From assembly GCA_963740275.1 (NCBI GenBank), contig CAVUDT010000003.1, forward strand, positions 205,898 through 269,897: 64,000 bases of DNA. The letters run 5' to 3'. Shown here in pieces: positions 26,911 to 37,063 of the stretch. How positions within the stretch are numbered: the first letter of the stretch is position 1; the number at the start of each line of letters is the position of its first letter. The stretch comes from an uncultured Acidobacteriota bacterium. Its GTDB lineage: Bacteria; Acidobacteriota; Vicinamibacteria; Vicinamibacterales; 2-12-FULL-66-21. The notes beneath the pieces were generated by a model, which was given only the letters and a program-made list of their open reading frames with translations, had not been told where the DNA came from and searched no databases. Position numbers and translations under genes: made by a program.

Positions 26911-28842
26911 TCCAGTTCCACCAGGACGACCCCCGGCTGCACCAGGTCGCCTTCGGCGCAGGTCACCGTCTTGATGATGCCGTCAGCCGGGGCGCGGACC
27001 GGCAGCTCCATCTTCATGGCTTCGAGCACCAGGAGCGTGTCTCCCTTCTTCACCGCACCGCCCGGCTGGACGTTGATCTTGCGCACGGTCGCGGGCATCG
27101 GCGCCGACAAGGTGCCCTGGTGCGCCGCGGCGCGCCGCGTCCGGCTGCGCTGGACTTCGAAGGCGAACACCTCGCCGTCGACGAAGACCCACCGGGTGTC
27201 GCCGTCGGCCGCTACCAGCGCGCGCGGTTCCGGCACCGTCTCGACGCCGTTCACGAGCACACGGCCCGGTTGCAGTCTCGACGCGGTACTCCTGGTCGCC
27301 GAGCCGCAGCGTGGTTTCGCGCGGCGTCATCGGCCCCAACCTTCGAGTGAGGTCCAGGGATCGCGACCGGCGGATGAACGCCCGTTGCTGGCTCCAGGGC
27401 TCCCTGCCTCGGAGCGTTGGTTGGCGGCGGAGGATCCTGACATTGCGGCGGCGACGATGGAAGCGGCGGGCACGGGCTGGCTGACGAGCGTCTCGAGATG
27501 CTGGTCGATGAAGCCGGTGTGGACATCGCCGGCGCGGAACGCTGGGTGTTCCAGCACCCGCAGGAGAAAAGGAATATTGGTGCGGATGCCGAGCACTGGA
27601 TAGCGGCGCAATGCGGCAACCGCACGATCGATGGCGGCCGCGCGCGTCTCGGCGTGCACGATCAGTTTCGCCAGCATCGGATCGTAGGTGACGGGGACCT
27701 CGCCACCTTCTTCGACACCGGCGTCGACGCGGACTCCCGGCCCCGACGGCTCGCGGTACAGAAGCAGCCGTCCCGCCTGTGGAAGAAAGCCGCCGGCGGG
27801 ATCCTCGGCGTAGACGCGGCACTCGATCGCATGGCCGCGCTGTGACAGCGCCGCCTGCGTCCACGGCAGCGCGCCGCCCGCCGCCACGGTCAATTGCGCG
27901 CGAACCAGGTCGACTCCGACCACCGCTTCGGTCACCGGATGCTCGACCTGCAGCCGCGTATTCATTTCGAGAAAGTAAAACTGCGCGGTCTCGCCGCTGC
28001 CTTCGAGCAGGAACTCGACGGTGCCGGCACCGCGGTAGTTCACCGCCCGGGCCGCCGCCACGGCGGCGTCACCCATGCGGGCGCGCAGCGCCGGCGTCAA
28101 CGCCGGCGAGGGGCTCTCTTCGACCACCTTCTGGTGCCGGCGCTGTATCGAGCACTCCCGCTCGAACAGGTGGACCACTGCACCGTGCGTGTCGCCGAAC
28201 ACCTGGATCTCGACGTGCCTCGGGCGCTGCACCAGGCGCTCGACGTAGAGCGTGCCGTCGCCGAAGGCCGACTCCGCCTCTCGCCGCGCGGCGTCGATCA
28301 GCTGCGCGGCATCCGCCGCGTCGTGCAGCGTCCGCATGCCCTTGCCGCCGCCGCCGGCGGACGCCTTGACGAGAACGGGGAAGCCGATCGCCTGCACCGC
28401 GGCGAGCAGCCCCGCGGTCGACTGATCGTCAGCCGTCGTGCCGGGGACGACCGGAACACCCGCCTGCTGCATCAGCGCCCGGGCGCCGACTTTGGATCCC
28501 ATCCGCTCGATCGTGTCGGGCGTCGGGCCGATGAAAATCAGGCCGGCCTCCTCGCACGCCCGCGAGAAGGCGGCGCGCTCGGACAGAAAACCGTATCCAG
28601 GGTGGACGGCGTCGCAGGCTGTCGCCAGTGCCGCCGCGATCAGCGCCGGAATGTTGAGGTAACTCTCGGACGGCGCGGCGGGGCCGATCCGCATCGGCAC
28701 GGTCCGCGGCCCTGACGTGCGGCGCATCAGCATCCGGGTCGGAATACACGGCGACCGCTTCGATCCCCGCTTCGCGGCACGCGCGAGCGATCCGGATGGC
28801 GATCTCCCCGCGGTTGGCGATCAGCACGCGGCGGATGTTCAT
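26907..28842 (-). pseudogene. methylcrotonoyl-CoA carboxylase alpha subunit (biotin carboxylase plus biotinyl domain); three frame breaks (about 28700, 27335, 27265)
   Basis: [47 protein letters not shown] lies in the tail of track 28429..29991. The biotin-carboxylase body [14 protein letters not shown]...GGGGKGMR...EMNTRLQVEHPVTE is track 27327..28733. MTPRETTLRLGDQEYRVE is in a third frame. VLVNGVET...VLEAMKMELPVRAP is track 26907..27260. The span length is not a multiple of 3. Confidence 0.85.
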
Positions 28843-29636
28843 TCGTTCCAGCGGGCCTTCCGCTTCTCCAGGAACGCGCGCATGCCTTCCTGCCCCTCGG
28901 CCGAGGCGCGGTGCCGGGCGATGGTTTCGGCAGTGAGCCCGGCGACGTCGCCGGGCACCCGACCGGCCACGGCGGCGATCAGGCGCTTCGCTCCGGTGAT
29001 CGCCTCCGGCGCCGAGCTGAGGAGCTCGGCGACGTAGCCGTCGACCGCAGCATCGAGCGCCGCCTCTGGCACCACCGCATGAACCAGACCGATCTCCTTC
29101 GCCCGGGTGGCACTGAAACGGGCCCCGGTGAGGAACAGCTCGCGCGCCGCCGACACGCCGATCTTTTGTACGACGAACGGCGAGATCACCGCCGGAAGTA
29201 TCCCGAGCTTGGCCTCGGTGAAGCCGAAGCTGGCGTCCTCGGCGGCCACGACAATGTCGCACACGGCCGCGAGACCGCTGCCGCCACCGAGCGCCGCGCC
29301 CTGTACCCGGCCGACCAGCGGGATCGGCAGGCAGTCGAGCGCGTTGAACATGGCGGCCATCGCGGTCGCGTCGCGCACGTTCTCGCCAAAGCCGTACTCG
29401 ACCATCCGCGACATCCAGGTGAGGTCGGCCCCGGCGCAGAACGTCCGGCCGGCCCCGGCCAGCACCGCGACCCGCGGGCTTTGTCCCGAGCCTGTCGAGG
29501 GAGCGTTCCGAGTCACGTTCTCGGCCCACGCAGTCAGCTCCGCGATGACCTCCTCGTTGAAGGCATTGCGCACGTCCGGACGGTTGAGCGTAACCCGGAC
29601 GACCGGGCCGGTTTGTTCGACGGATATCAGCGGCAT
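28839..29636 (-). CDS. enoyl-CoA hydratase/isomerase family (methylglutaconyl-CoA hydratase by context)
   Basis: Track ORF of 265 aa. Contains [25 protein letters not shown] and [19 protein letters not shown] overlap with the MCC alpha start. Confidence 0.85.
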   Translation of the reverse strand: MPLISVEQTGPVVRVTLNRPDVRNAFNEEVIAELTAWAENVTRNAPSTGSGQSPRVAVLAGAGRTFCAGADLTWMSRMVEYGFGENVRDATAMAAMFNALDCLPIPLVGRVQGAALGGGSGLAAVCDIVVAAEDASFGFTEAKLGILPAVISPFVVQKIGVSAARELFLTGARFSATRAKEIGLVHAVVPEAALDAAVDGYVAELLSSAPEAITGAKRLIAAVAGRVPGDVAGLTAETIARHRASAEGQEGMRAFLEKRKARWNE

Positions 29637-29654
29637 CTGCTGGTGGATCGTCCC

Positions 29655-31262
29655 CTACATCCGGAAGATCCCGAACTTCGGCTCGGGGATCGGGGCGTTG
29701 AACGCGGCCGAGAGGCCGAGCGCCAGCGCCGGCCGGGTCTCGGCCGGATCCAGGATTCCATCGTCCCACAGCCGCGCCGTCGAGTAGTACGGCGAGCCCT
29801 CGCGATCGTACTTCTCGAGGATCGGCTCGCGGATCGCCGCTTCTTCCTCGGCGCTGAGGGTGCCGCCGGCCCGCTCGAGCTGATCGCGCTTCACGGTAGT
29901 CAGCACGCCGGCGGCCTGTTCGCCGCCCATGACCGAGATCCGGGAGTTCGGCCACGTCCACAGCAGCCGCGGCTCGTAGGCGCGGCCGCACATGCCGTAG
30001 TTCCCGGCGCCGAAGGATCCGCCGATGATGACGGTGAACTTCGGCACCACCGAGTTGGCGACGGCGTGGACCATCTTGGCGCCGTCCTTGGCGATCCCGC
30101 CGCGCTCGTAGTCGCGGCCGACCATGAAGCCGGTGATGTTCTGGAGAAAGACGAGCGGGATCCCGCGAAGGTTACAGAGCTCGATGAAGTGGGTCGCCTT
30201 GAGCGCCGACTCCGAGAAGAGCACGCCGTTGTTGGCGACGAAGCCGACGAGAAAGCCATGGAGACGGGCGAACCCGGTGACCAGCGTGGTCGCGTAACGC
30301 TCCTTGAACTCGTCGAAGCGCGAGCCGTCGACCAGGCGGGCGATGACCTCGCGGACGTCGTAGGGCTTGCGGGTATCGGCGTTCACGATCCCGTAGATCT
30401 CTTTCGGATCGTAAAGCGGTTCCTCCGGTTCGGCCAGATCCGGAGGCAGGCGCTTCACCGTGTTCAGCGTGCCGACCACCGTTCGCGCGAGGTGCAGCGC
30501 GTGATCGTCGTCCTGCGCGAAGTAGTCGGCCACGCCTGACAAGCGGGTGTGGACGTCGGCGCCGCCGAGCTCTTCGGCCGTCACCTCCTCGCCGGTTGCG
30601 GCCTTGACCAGGGGCGGGCCGCCGAGAAAGATCGTGCCCGTCCCCTTGACGATGATGGTCTCGTCCGACATGGCAGGCACGTAGGCGCCCCCCGCGGTGC
30701 AGGAGCCCATCACGACGGCGATCTGGGGAATGCGCTCCGCCGACATCCGCGCCTGGTTGAAGAAGATGCGGCCGAAGTGCTCGCGGTCCGGAAAGACCTC
30801 GGCCTGCAGCGGCAGGAAGGCACCGCCCGAATCGACCAGGTAGATGCAGGGGAGCCGGTTGTCGAGCGCGACCTGCTGCGCGCGGACGTGCTTCTTGACC
30901 GTCAGCGGATAGTAGGTGCCCCCCTTGACCGTGGCGTCGTTGGCGACGATGAGCACCTCGCGTCCGGCGACCCGGCCGACGCCGGTTACAACGCCGGCGG
31001 ATGGGGCCTCGTCATCGTAGAGGTTCCAGGCCGCGAGGGGAGACAGCTCGAGGAACGGGGAACCCGGGTCGAGCAGCCGGGAGATACGCTCGCGCACCGG
31101 CAGCTTCCCCTGCGCACGATGCCGTTCGAGGTATTTGGGGCCGCCCCCCTGGCGAACCGTCGCCGTCCGGGTCTGAAGCTCGTCGACCAGCGCCCCCATG
31201 CGCTCCGCGTTGGTCTTGAAGAGGTCGGAGGCGGTATCGACCTGAGTTTCTAGAACGTCCAC
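29655..31262 (-). CDS. methylcrotonoyl-CoA carboxylase beta subunit (carboxyltransferase)
   Basis: Inside track ORF 29655..31352. A GTG start gives [29 protein letters not shown]. Contains [14 protein letters not shown] and [17 protein letters not shown]. The start coordinate is derived from the track frame. Confidence 0.85.
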   Translation of the reverse strand: MDVLETQVDTASDLFKTNAERMGALVDELQTRTATVRQGGGPKYLERHRAQGKLPVRERISRLLDPGSPFLELSPLAAWNLYDDEAPSAGVVTGVGRVAGREVLIVANDATVKGGTYYPLTVKKHVRAQQVALDNRLPCIYLVDSGGAFLPLQAEVFPDREHFGRIFFNQARMSAERIPQIAVVMGSCTAGGAYVPAMSDETIIVKGTGTIFLGGPPLVKAATGEEVTAEELGGADVHTRLSGVADYFAQDDDHALHLARTVVGTLNTVKRLPPDLAEPEEPLYDPKEIYGIVNADTRKPYDVREVIARLVDGSRFDEFKERYATTLVTGFARLHGFLVGFVANNGVLFSESALKATHFIELCNLRGIPLVFLQNITGFMVGRDYERGGIAKDGAKMVHAVANSVVPKFTVIIGGSFGAGNYGMCGRAYEPRLLWTWPNSRISVMGGEQAAGVLTTVKRDQLERAGGTLSAEEEAAIREPILEKYDREGSPYYSTARLWDDGILDPAETRPALALGLSAAFNAPIPEPKFGIFRM

Positions 31263-31263
31263 G

Positions 31264-31473
31264 TCACCACCCGCAGCAATCGGTCTTGAACCGGCAGTTC
31301 GGGCAGCGCCAGACCGCGTGCATGCGGAACATCTCCGTGCCGCAGCGTTCACAGGTCACTTTTTCATCGGAAAGTCTGCAGTCGGGCTTGGCGTTATCCG
31401 AGGCCCGGATCGGCTGCGCGATAAAGGATGGCCTGGGCTGCTCCGGCATGGGCGGATTATGCCATTTTTCCAT
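31264..31473 (-). CDS. small zinc-ribbon protein (CxxC...CxxC), first gene of the leucine-catabolism operon
   Basis: Inside track ORF 31264..31515. ATG (residue M15) gives [12 protein letters not shown]...[31 protein letters not shown]. Its stop lies 2 nt from the MCC beta start. Confidence 0.5.
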   Translation of the reverse strand: MEKWHNPPMPEQPRPSFIAQPIRASDNAKPDCRLSDEKVTCERCGTEMFRMHAVWRCPNCRFKTDCCGW

Positions 31474-31485
31474 TCGGGTCCCGGC

Positions 31486-31502
31486 ATACAGGAATTCTGT
31501 AT
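31486..31502. promoter_or_regulatory. operator-like palindrome ATACAG-GAATT-CTGTAT just upstream of the zinc-ribbon/leucine-catabolism operon start
   Basis: A perfect 6-bp inverted repeat with a 5-bp spacer, in the AT-richer divergent control region. It lies about 13 nt upstream of ATG 31473 on the minus strand. Confidence 0.3.
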
Positions 31503-31525
31503 TTCGGCCCAACAACTGTAATGTT

Positions 31526-31555
31526 TTCGACGTGTTTTCGGTGGGAGTGTATAAT
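31526..31555 (+). promoter_or_regulatory. candidate sigma-70 promoter (TTCGAC-18 nt-TATAAT) for the sigma-54 activator gene
   Basis: A perfect TATAAT lies about 66 nt upstream of ATG 31622, with a weak -35 at 18-nt spacing. A GAGG sits 9 nt before the ATG. Confidence 0.35.
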
Positions 31556-31621
31556 TATTTTCATCCACAACGGGCCCGGCGTGTATCATGGCCATCCGTT
31601 TTTAGAGGCTGAGGTTCGAGC

Positions 31622-33025
31622 ATGACGGCCAAAAAGAAGAATCGTGTGCTCGCCATTGACGATGAGCCGTCGATCATCGAATGGCTGAAGATTCTGCTCG
31701 AACATCAGGGCTACGAGGTCCGCACCGCGATGATCGGCACACGCGGCGAGGAGATCTTCAAGACCTGGCGGCCTGACGTCGTCGTCACCGACATGATGCT
31801 TCCGGACATCGACGGCCTCGAGCTGCTGCGCCGGTTCAAGCTGGCGCATCCCGATACCGAGGTCATTGTCGTGACCGGGCACGGGTCGGTGCAGAAGGCG
31901 GTCGAGGCGATGAAAGCGGGGGCCTTCGAGTTTGCCGAGAAGCCGATCGACGCCGACGCGCTCCTCGCCAAGCTGGAGCGTGCGATCGAACGCCGCGAGC
32001 TCCTCGGCGAGAACCTGCTGCTCAAGCAGAAGATCGAGAATCAGTTCCGCTTCGGCAACATCATCGGCAAGAGCAAGAAGATGCATGAGCTGCTCGAGCT
32101 GGTCGAGAGCGTGGCCGGGAGCGACGCCAACATCCTGATCCAGGGAGAGAACGGCACCGGCAAGGAGCTGATCGCCAACGCGCTGCACTACAACAGCAAG
32201 CGGGCGAAAGGGCCGTTCATCAAGATCAACTGCGCCGCGATCCCGAAAGACCTGATCGAGTCGGAGCTGTTCGGCTACAAGAAAGGGGCGTTCACCGGCG
32301 CCCAGACCGACAAGGAAGGACTCTTCGAGATGTCGGAGGGGGGGTCGCTCCTGCTCGACGAGATCGGCGAGATGCCTCCTTACCTTCAGACCAAGCTGCT
32401 GCGGGTGCTGCAGGAGCGGGAGTACCGTCCGATCGGGAGCGACCGGATCGTGCGGGTGGACTTCCGCCTGATCTGCGCAACCAATATCGATCTCGACGCG
32501 GCGCTGCGGGACGGCAAGCTGCGCGAAGACCTCTACTTCCGGATCAACACGATCACGCTGCGCGTGCCGCCGCTGCGGGAGCGTACCGAAGACATCCCGC
32601 TCCTCTGCGAACACTTCCTCGAGAAGTACCGCCAGCGGCACGGCCGCAACGTGAAGTCGATCGCGCCGGCCGCCTATCACGTGCTGATCCGGCACCGCTG
32701 GCCGGGCAACGTCCGGGAGATCGAGAACGTCGTCGAGCGCGGCGTGCTGGTCGCGAAGGGGAACGAGATCACCGTCAACGATCTGCCCGAGTCGTTGCGG
32801 ACCGAGACGTCGACGACCACCGAGTTCGTGATCCCGCCGCACCGCACGCTCGCCGAGATCGAGCGCATGGCCATCCTCCAGACGCTCCAGCGCACCAACT
32901 GGAACAAGCAGGAGGCCGCCCAGATCCTCGGCCTCTACCGCCCGACCCTGTACAGCAAGATGAAGAAGCACGAGATCCAGGACGGCGGCAAGAGCGGCGC
33001 GCGCCGCGCCGCGGCACAAGCCTGA
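31622..33025 (+). CDS. sigma-54-dependent response regulator (REC, AAA+ sigma-54 interaction domain, Fis-type HTH; NtrC family)
   Basis: Track ORF of 467 aa. Contains VLAIDDEPSI, DVVVTDMMLPDIDG, Walker A GENGTGKE, the GAFTGA loop, ESELFGY, and a C-terminal HTH (NWNKQEAAQILGLYRPTLYSKMKKH). Confidence 0.92.
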   Translation: MTAKKKNRVLAIDDEPSIIEWLKILLEHQGYEVRTAMIGTRGEEIFKTWRPDVVVTDMMLPDIDGLELLRRFKLAHPDTEVIVVTGHGSVQKAVEAMKAGAFEFAEKPIDADALLAKLERAIERRELLGENLLLKQKIENQFRFGNIIGKSKKMHELLELVESVAGSDANILIQGENGTGKELIANALHYNSKRAKGPFIKINCAAIPKDLIESELFGYKKGAFTGAQTDKEGLFEMSEGGSLLLDEIGEMPPYLQTKLLRVLQEREYRPIGSDRIVRVDFRLICATNIDLDAALRDGKLREDLYFRINTITLRVPPLRERTEDIPLLCEHFLEKYRQRHGRNVKSIAPAAYHVLIRHRWPGNVREIENVVERGVLVAKGNEITVNDLPESLRTETSTTTEFVIPPHRTLAEIERMAILQTLQRTNWNKQEAAQILGLYRPTLYSKMKKHEIQDGGKSGARRAAAQA

Positions 33026-33238
33026 AAAAGGGGTGCGAAGGGGTGCGGAAGGGTGCGCGAGGGGGGTGCGGGGGGTGCAGGGGGGTGCGGAAAGGGTGCG
33101 GGGGGTGCGGGTAATGCGCATTTAGCGCGCGCACACTACCGCACCTTGAAGGGCGCCCTCTCGACCTGCCCGCACTCTTGAACTGCCTTCCGAACCCGCA
33201 CCCTTCCGCACCCCCCCGCACCCTTTTCGCACCCCTTT
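33026..33238. repeat. long imperfect hairpin built from about 9 G-rich GGGTGCGG-type units (33030-33112) and about 6 complementary CCGCACCC units (33139-33237)
   Basis: Read directly. The base of the stem is AAAGGGGTGCGAA (33027-33039) pairing with TTCGCACCCCTTT (33226-33238). The left arm meets the G>=3 N1-7 x4 G-quadruplex pattern. The structure starts 1 nt after the TGA of the activator gene and ends 6 nt before the mlaE ATG. Confidence 0.9.
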
Positions 33239-33243
33239 AGAGC

Positions 33244-34056
33244 ATGGATCGCACCTTGCAGCTGAGCCGGGTAATGGCAGCTTTGGCGACGTCCGCTACC
33301 AACTACCTCGCCGTGGCGGGGGAGTTTGCCGTGTTTGCGGGCAAGGCGGCGCGGCAGGCGTTCCTGCCACCATTCGAGTTCCGCGAGACGGTTCGCCAGC
33401 TCTATGAGCTCGGGCTCCGGTCGGCGCCGCTGATTGCGGTCTCGGGCATGGCGGTGGGGGTGGTGCTGTCGATGCACACCCGTGCGTCGCTCGAGCGGTT
33501 CGGGGCCGAGTCGATGATTCCCGCCGGTCTGGCGATCGCGCTCGTGCGCGAAACCGGTCCGCTGACCGCGGGGCTGCTCCTCTCCGGGCGGATCGGCGCC
33601 GGGATCGGCGCCGAGCTGGGGGCGATGCGCGTCACCGAGCAGATCGACGCCCTCGAAGCCTCGGCGGTCGATGCGTTCCGTTACCTGGTGGTGACCCGGG
33701 TGGTAGCCTGCGTCATCGCGCTGCCGCTGCTCACCACGATCATGAATTTCGCCGGCATGCTCGGCGGCTTCATCGCCGAGACGGCATCGACCGGGATGTC
33801 GCTGGGTCTGTACTTCGACCGCGCCTTTGCGCTGATCGACATGAGCGACTACGTTCCGGCGACGCTGAAGACGATGGTCTTCGGCTTCATCATCGCGACG
33901 GTCTCGTCGTTCCTCGGGTTCACGACGAGCTCCGGGACCGAGGGGGTCGGCCGGGCGTCGACCCGCGCTGTGGTCCTCTCGTCGATCATGATCATCGTTG
34001 CCAACGTCGTGCTCGTGCGGCTGATCTTCTTCATCTTCCCCCAGGCGTCAGGATGA
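33244..34056 (+). CDS. mlaE: MlaE-family ABC transporter permease
   Basis: Track ORF of 270 aa. Contains LVRETGPLTAGLLLSGRIGAGIGAELGAMRVTEQIDALE, typical of MlaE. Confidence 0.9.
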   Translation: MDRTLQLSRVMAALATSATNYLAVAGEFAVFAGKAARQAFLPPFEFRETVRQLYELGLRSAPLIAVSGMAVGVVLSMHTRASLERFGAESMIPAGLAIALVRETGPLTAGLLLSGRIGAGIGAELGAMRVTEQIDALEASAVDAFRYLVVTRVVACVIALPLLTTIMNFAGMLGGFIAETASTGMSLGLYFDRAFALIDMSDYVPATLKTMVFGFIIATVSSFLGFTTSSGTEGVGRASTRAVVLSSIMIIVANVVLVRLIFFIFPQASG

Positions 34057-34841
34057 CGGTCGCGATCGACGAACGCAACGCGGGCCCGCAGCGTTCCGAC
34101 GCCGCCTCCTTGGTGGTGCAGCTCGAGCACGTGACCAAGGCGTTCGGCGAGCGGCGCGTCCTCGACGACGTGTCGCTCGAAGTACAGCGGGGGCGCGGCT
34201 TCATCATCCTTGGCCGGTCGGGCACTGGGAAGAGCGTGATGCTGCGGCACATCATCGGGCTCGTACGTCCGGACGCCGGCCGTGTGGTGGTGCTCGGCGA
34301 AGAGATCAGCGCGTTGTCTGGCGAGCCGCTGGCGCGGGTCCGGCAGCAGCTCGGCTTCCTGTTCCAGAGCGCCGCGCTGTTCGACTCGATCTCGGTCGGC
34401 GAGAACGTCGCCTTCCCGATGCGCCGCCACACGCGCATGGCGGAGTCGGAGATCCGCGAGCGCGTGGGCCACAAGCTGGCGTCGGTCGGTCTCGAAAAGG
34501 ACTTCGACAAGATGCCCGGCGATCTGTCAGGGGGGATGCGCAAGCGGGCCGGCCTGGCGAGGGCGATGGCGCTCGACCCGGCCGTGCTGCTGGTCGACGA
34601 GCCGAGTGCCGGCCTCGACCCGATCACCTCCGACGAGATCGACGAGCTGCTGCTCGGCCTCAAGCAGGACGGGACGACCCTGGTCGTGGTCACGCACAAC
34701 ATTCCGAGTGCCCGCAAGCTCGGCGACGAGCTGGTCATGCTGCACGAAGGGAAGGTCGCGGCCAGGGGAACGGTGGCGGATCTCGAACGCAGCGACAACG
34801 AGCTGGTGCGCGCGTTCATGTCGTCGACGCACGCAGGGTAA
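34053..34841 (+). CDS. mlaF: MlaF-family ABC transporter ATP-binding protein
   Basis: Track ORF of 262 aa. Walker A GRSGTGKS, signature LSGGMRKRAGLARA, Walker B LLVDEPSAGLDP. ATGA overlap with mlaE. Confidence 0.9.
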   Translation: MTVAIDERNAGPQRSDAASLVVQLEHVTKAFGERRVLDDVSLEVQRGRGFIILGRSGTGKSVMLRHIIGLVRPDAGRVVVLGEEISALSGEPLARVRQQLGFLFQSAALFDSISVGENVAFPMRRHTRMAESEIRERVGHKLASVGLEKDFDKMPGDLSGGMRKRAGLARAMALDPAVLLVDEPSAGLDPITSDEIDELLLGLKQDGTTLVVVTHNIPSARKLGDELVMLHEGKVAARGTVADLERSDNELVRAFMSSTHAG

Positions 34842-34895
34842 GGGCGCCTCGCGGGCGCAGAGCGCCTGGTGACGTAAGGTGAGTGATCCGGAGCT

Positions 34896-36236
34896 ATGCA
34901 GAAGAATCGACTCGCGGCGGTCGGCGCGTTCGTCATCTTCAGTCTCCTGCTGTTCGCGGTCGGGCTGTTCCTGATCGGCGACCGCCGGATGATGTTCACC
35001 GAGACTTTCGACGTCTATGCCGAATTCAAGGAGATCGCCGGACTCCAGAACGGCGCCGTGGTCCGGGTCGCTGGCATGAACGCGGGCGAGGTCGAGACGA
35101 TCCAGCTGCCCGCCTCTCCTTCGGCCAGGTTCCGGGTCAGGCTGCGGGTGCGCGCCGATCTGCACCAGCTGATCCGGCTGGACTCGGTGGCGTCGATCCA
35201 GAACGACGGCCTGGTCGGCAACAAGTTCGTGCAGGTGGAGAGCGGCACGGACCAGTCGCCAGAGGTGCCGCCCCAGGGCACGATCCAGAGCCGCGAACCG
35301 TTCGATCTCGCCGACATGTTCCAGCGGATGACCGAGACCATCGACCTGGTCACCACCACCATCAAGGAGGTCAAGGTCGGCGTGAACGAGGCGTTGACGG
35401 CGGTCTCCGCCACCGCCACCGAGGCCCAGGGGCTGATTGCCGACATGGGCACCGAGATCCGCGCGATCACCGCCTCTTCGCAGAAGGTCGCCGGCGATCT
35501 GCAATCGATAATCGCCGGGGTACGCCAGGGACGGGGATCGATCGGCAAGCTCGTGACCGACGACGCGTTCTATGACCGGCTGAAAGCGATCGCCTCGCAG
35601 GCGGAGCAGGCCGTCGGCAATCTGCGTGAGGCCAGCGTCAGCGCCAAGGAAGCCATCAACGACTTCCGCGGCGAAAAGGGGCCGGTCCACGGCGTGGTTG
35701 GCGACCTGCAGCAATCGCTGACCGCGGCGAGAGAGACGCTGACTGACCTCGCCGAGAGTTCCGAGGCATTGAAGCGCAACTTCTTCTTCCGCGGATTCTT
35801 CAACAGCCGCGGCTACTTCGATCTCGACGACATCAGCATCGCCGACTATCGGAACGGGGTGCTGGAGACCAAAGAGCGGCGCGTGCTCAGGGTCTGGGTG
35901 AAGGCCGATTTCCTGTTCGACACCGCGCCCGGCACCCAGGGGCCGGAGCGGTTGACCGCCGAGGGGCGTGCCCGCCTCGATTCGGCGATGGCCCCATTCA
36001 TCCGCTATCCGCGCAATACTCCATTTGTGATCGAAGGCTATGGCACCGGCCCGACCGCGGATGTGCAGTTCCTGCTGAGCCGTACAAGGGCCCAACTCGT
36101 CCGCGACTACCTGGTTGGCAAGTTCGGTCTCGATGGCGCCCACGTGGCCACGATGGCGCTCGGCACCGAGGCCCCCGGAAGCCCCACGGACGGACGATGG
36201 GAGGGGGTCGCCCTGGCGATGTTCGTGCCGCGATGA
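34896..36236 (+). CDS. mlaD: MlaD/MCE-domain protein fused to a C-terminal OmpA-like domain
   Basis: Track ORF of 446 aa. N-terminal TM plus MCE (FDVYAEFKEIAGLQNGAVVRVAGMNAGEV), a long helical region, and a C-terminal VIEGYGTGPTADVQFLLSRTRAQLVRDYLV...LGTEAPGSP. Confidence 0.8.
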   Translation: MQKNRLAAVGAFVIFSLLLFAVGLFLIGDRRMMFTETFDVYAEFKEIAGLQNGAVVRVAGMNAGEVETIQLPASPSARFRVRLRVRADLHQLIRLDSVASIQNDGLVGNKFVQVESGTDQSPEVPPQGTIQSREPFDLADMFQRMTETIDLVTTTIKEVKVGVNEALTAVSATATEAQGLIADMGTEIRAITASSQKVAGDLQSIIAGVRQGRGSIGKLVTDDAFYDRLKAIASQAEQAVGNLREASVSAKEAINDFRGEKGPVHGVVGDLQQSLTAARETLTDLAESSEALKRNFFFRGFFNSRGYFDLDDISIADYRNGVLETKERRVLRVWVKADFLFDTAPGTQGPERLTAEGRARLDSAMAPFIRYPRNTPFVIEGYGTGPTADVQFLLSRTRAQLVRDYLVGKFGLDGAHVATMALGTEAPGSPTDGRWEGVALAMFVPR

Positions 36237-36320
36237 GGAACTGACCGGTGGCACGCGGTTTGATTGAACAGATCCCGGATGGAGAGTACAGGTATCCAGC
36301 CACGGATCAAGGAGGCGGGT

Positions 36321-36566
36321 GTGGACGAACGTTCGCGAGTGTTGATGGCGGCGCTGCTCGGCGCGGTAGTCGGCGGAGTATGGGGCTGGCTCTACATGAC
36401 GGACAACGGCCGCCGCGTGCGCGACCAGATCGAGCCGAAGCTCGATGACTTCATGAACGAGCTCACGCGGATGCGCGGGACGGTAGACAAGGCGCGCACG
36501 GCCGCCAACGAGGGTTGGCGTTCGCTCAACGACGTGGCGGGCGGCCAGACCCGGTGGTCCGCGTAA
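36321..36566 (+). CDS. YtxH-like small membrane/stress protein
   Basis: Inside track ORF 36264..36566. GTG 36321 lies 5 nt after a perfect AAGGAGG. Contains RVLMAALLGAVVGGVWGWLYMTDNGRRVRDQIEPKLDDF. Confidence 0.65.
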   Translation: MDERSRVLMAALLGAVVGGVWGWLYMTDNGRRVRDQIEPKLDDFMNELTRMRGTVDKARTAANEGWRSLNDVAGGQTRWSA

Positions 36567-36589
36567 GGTGGTCCGCAGAAGGAGGACGC

Positions 36590-37015
36590 ATGATCTCGGG
36601 TGATCTCGGAACGACCAATATGTGGCTCGCCATCATGGCGATCGTCAGCTTGCTCGAAGCGTTGCTGTTGATCGGCATGGGGGTTGGCGGCTTTCTCGTC
36701 TATCGTCGGGTGATGCAGCTCGTGAACGATCTCGAGACGCGTCAGATTGCCCCGGTGCGTGAGAAGCTGGATGCCATCCTCGGCGACGTGAAGACGGTCA
36801 CCGCCCGGGTCAGCCACCAGACCGAGCGCGTGAACGACGCGATTACCGGCACCATCGACCGCGTCGACGAGACCGCCGACCGGGTGAAAGGCTCCGTGCG
36901 TGACCGCGTCAACCAGGCGGTCGGCATGGCGCGCGGCATTCGCGCCATCGTGATGTCGCTGCTTGGTCACGACGGCCGGCACGAGCCGCCGTCACCGGCC
37001 GCGGGACGGGCATAA
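36590..37015 (+). CDS. DUF948-like membrane protein
   Basis: Inside track ORF 36515..37015. ATG 36590 follows GAAGGAGG. It has an N-terminal TM (WLAIMAIVSLLEALLLIGMGVGGFLVY) followed by a helical region with repeated VNDA/VDET/VRDR patterns. Confidence 0.6.
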   Translation: MISGDLGTTNMWLAIMAIVSLLEALLLIGMGVGGFLVYRRVMQLVNDLETRQIAPVREKLDAILGDVKTVTARVSHQTERVNDAITGTIDRVDETADRVKGSVRDRVNQAVGMARGIRAIVMSLLGHDGRHEPPSPAAGRA

Positions 37016-37063
37016 GGTCCGGCTCACGGCCTCGAACATCGAAAACAATTGAAGGAGGACTGC

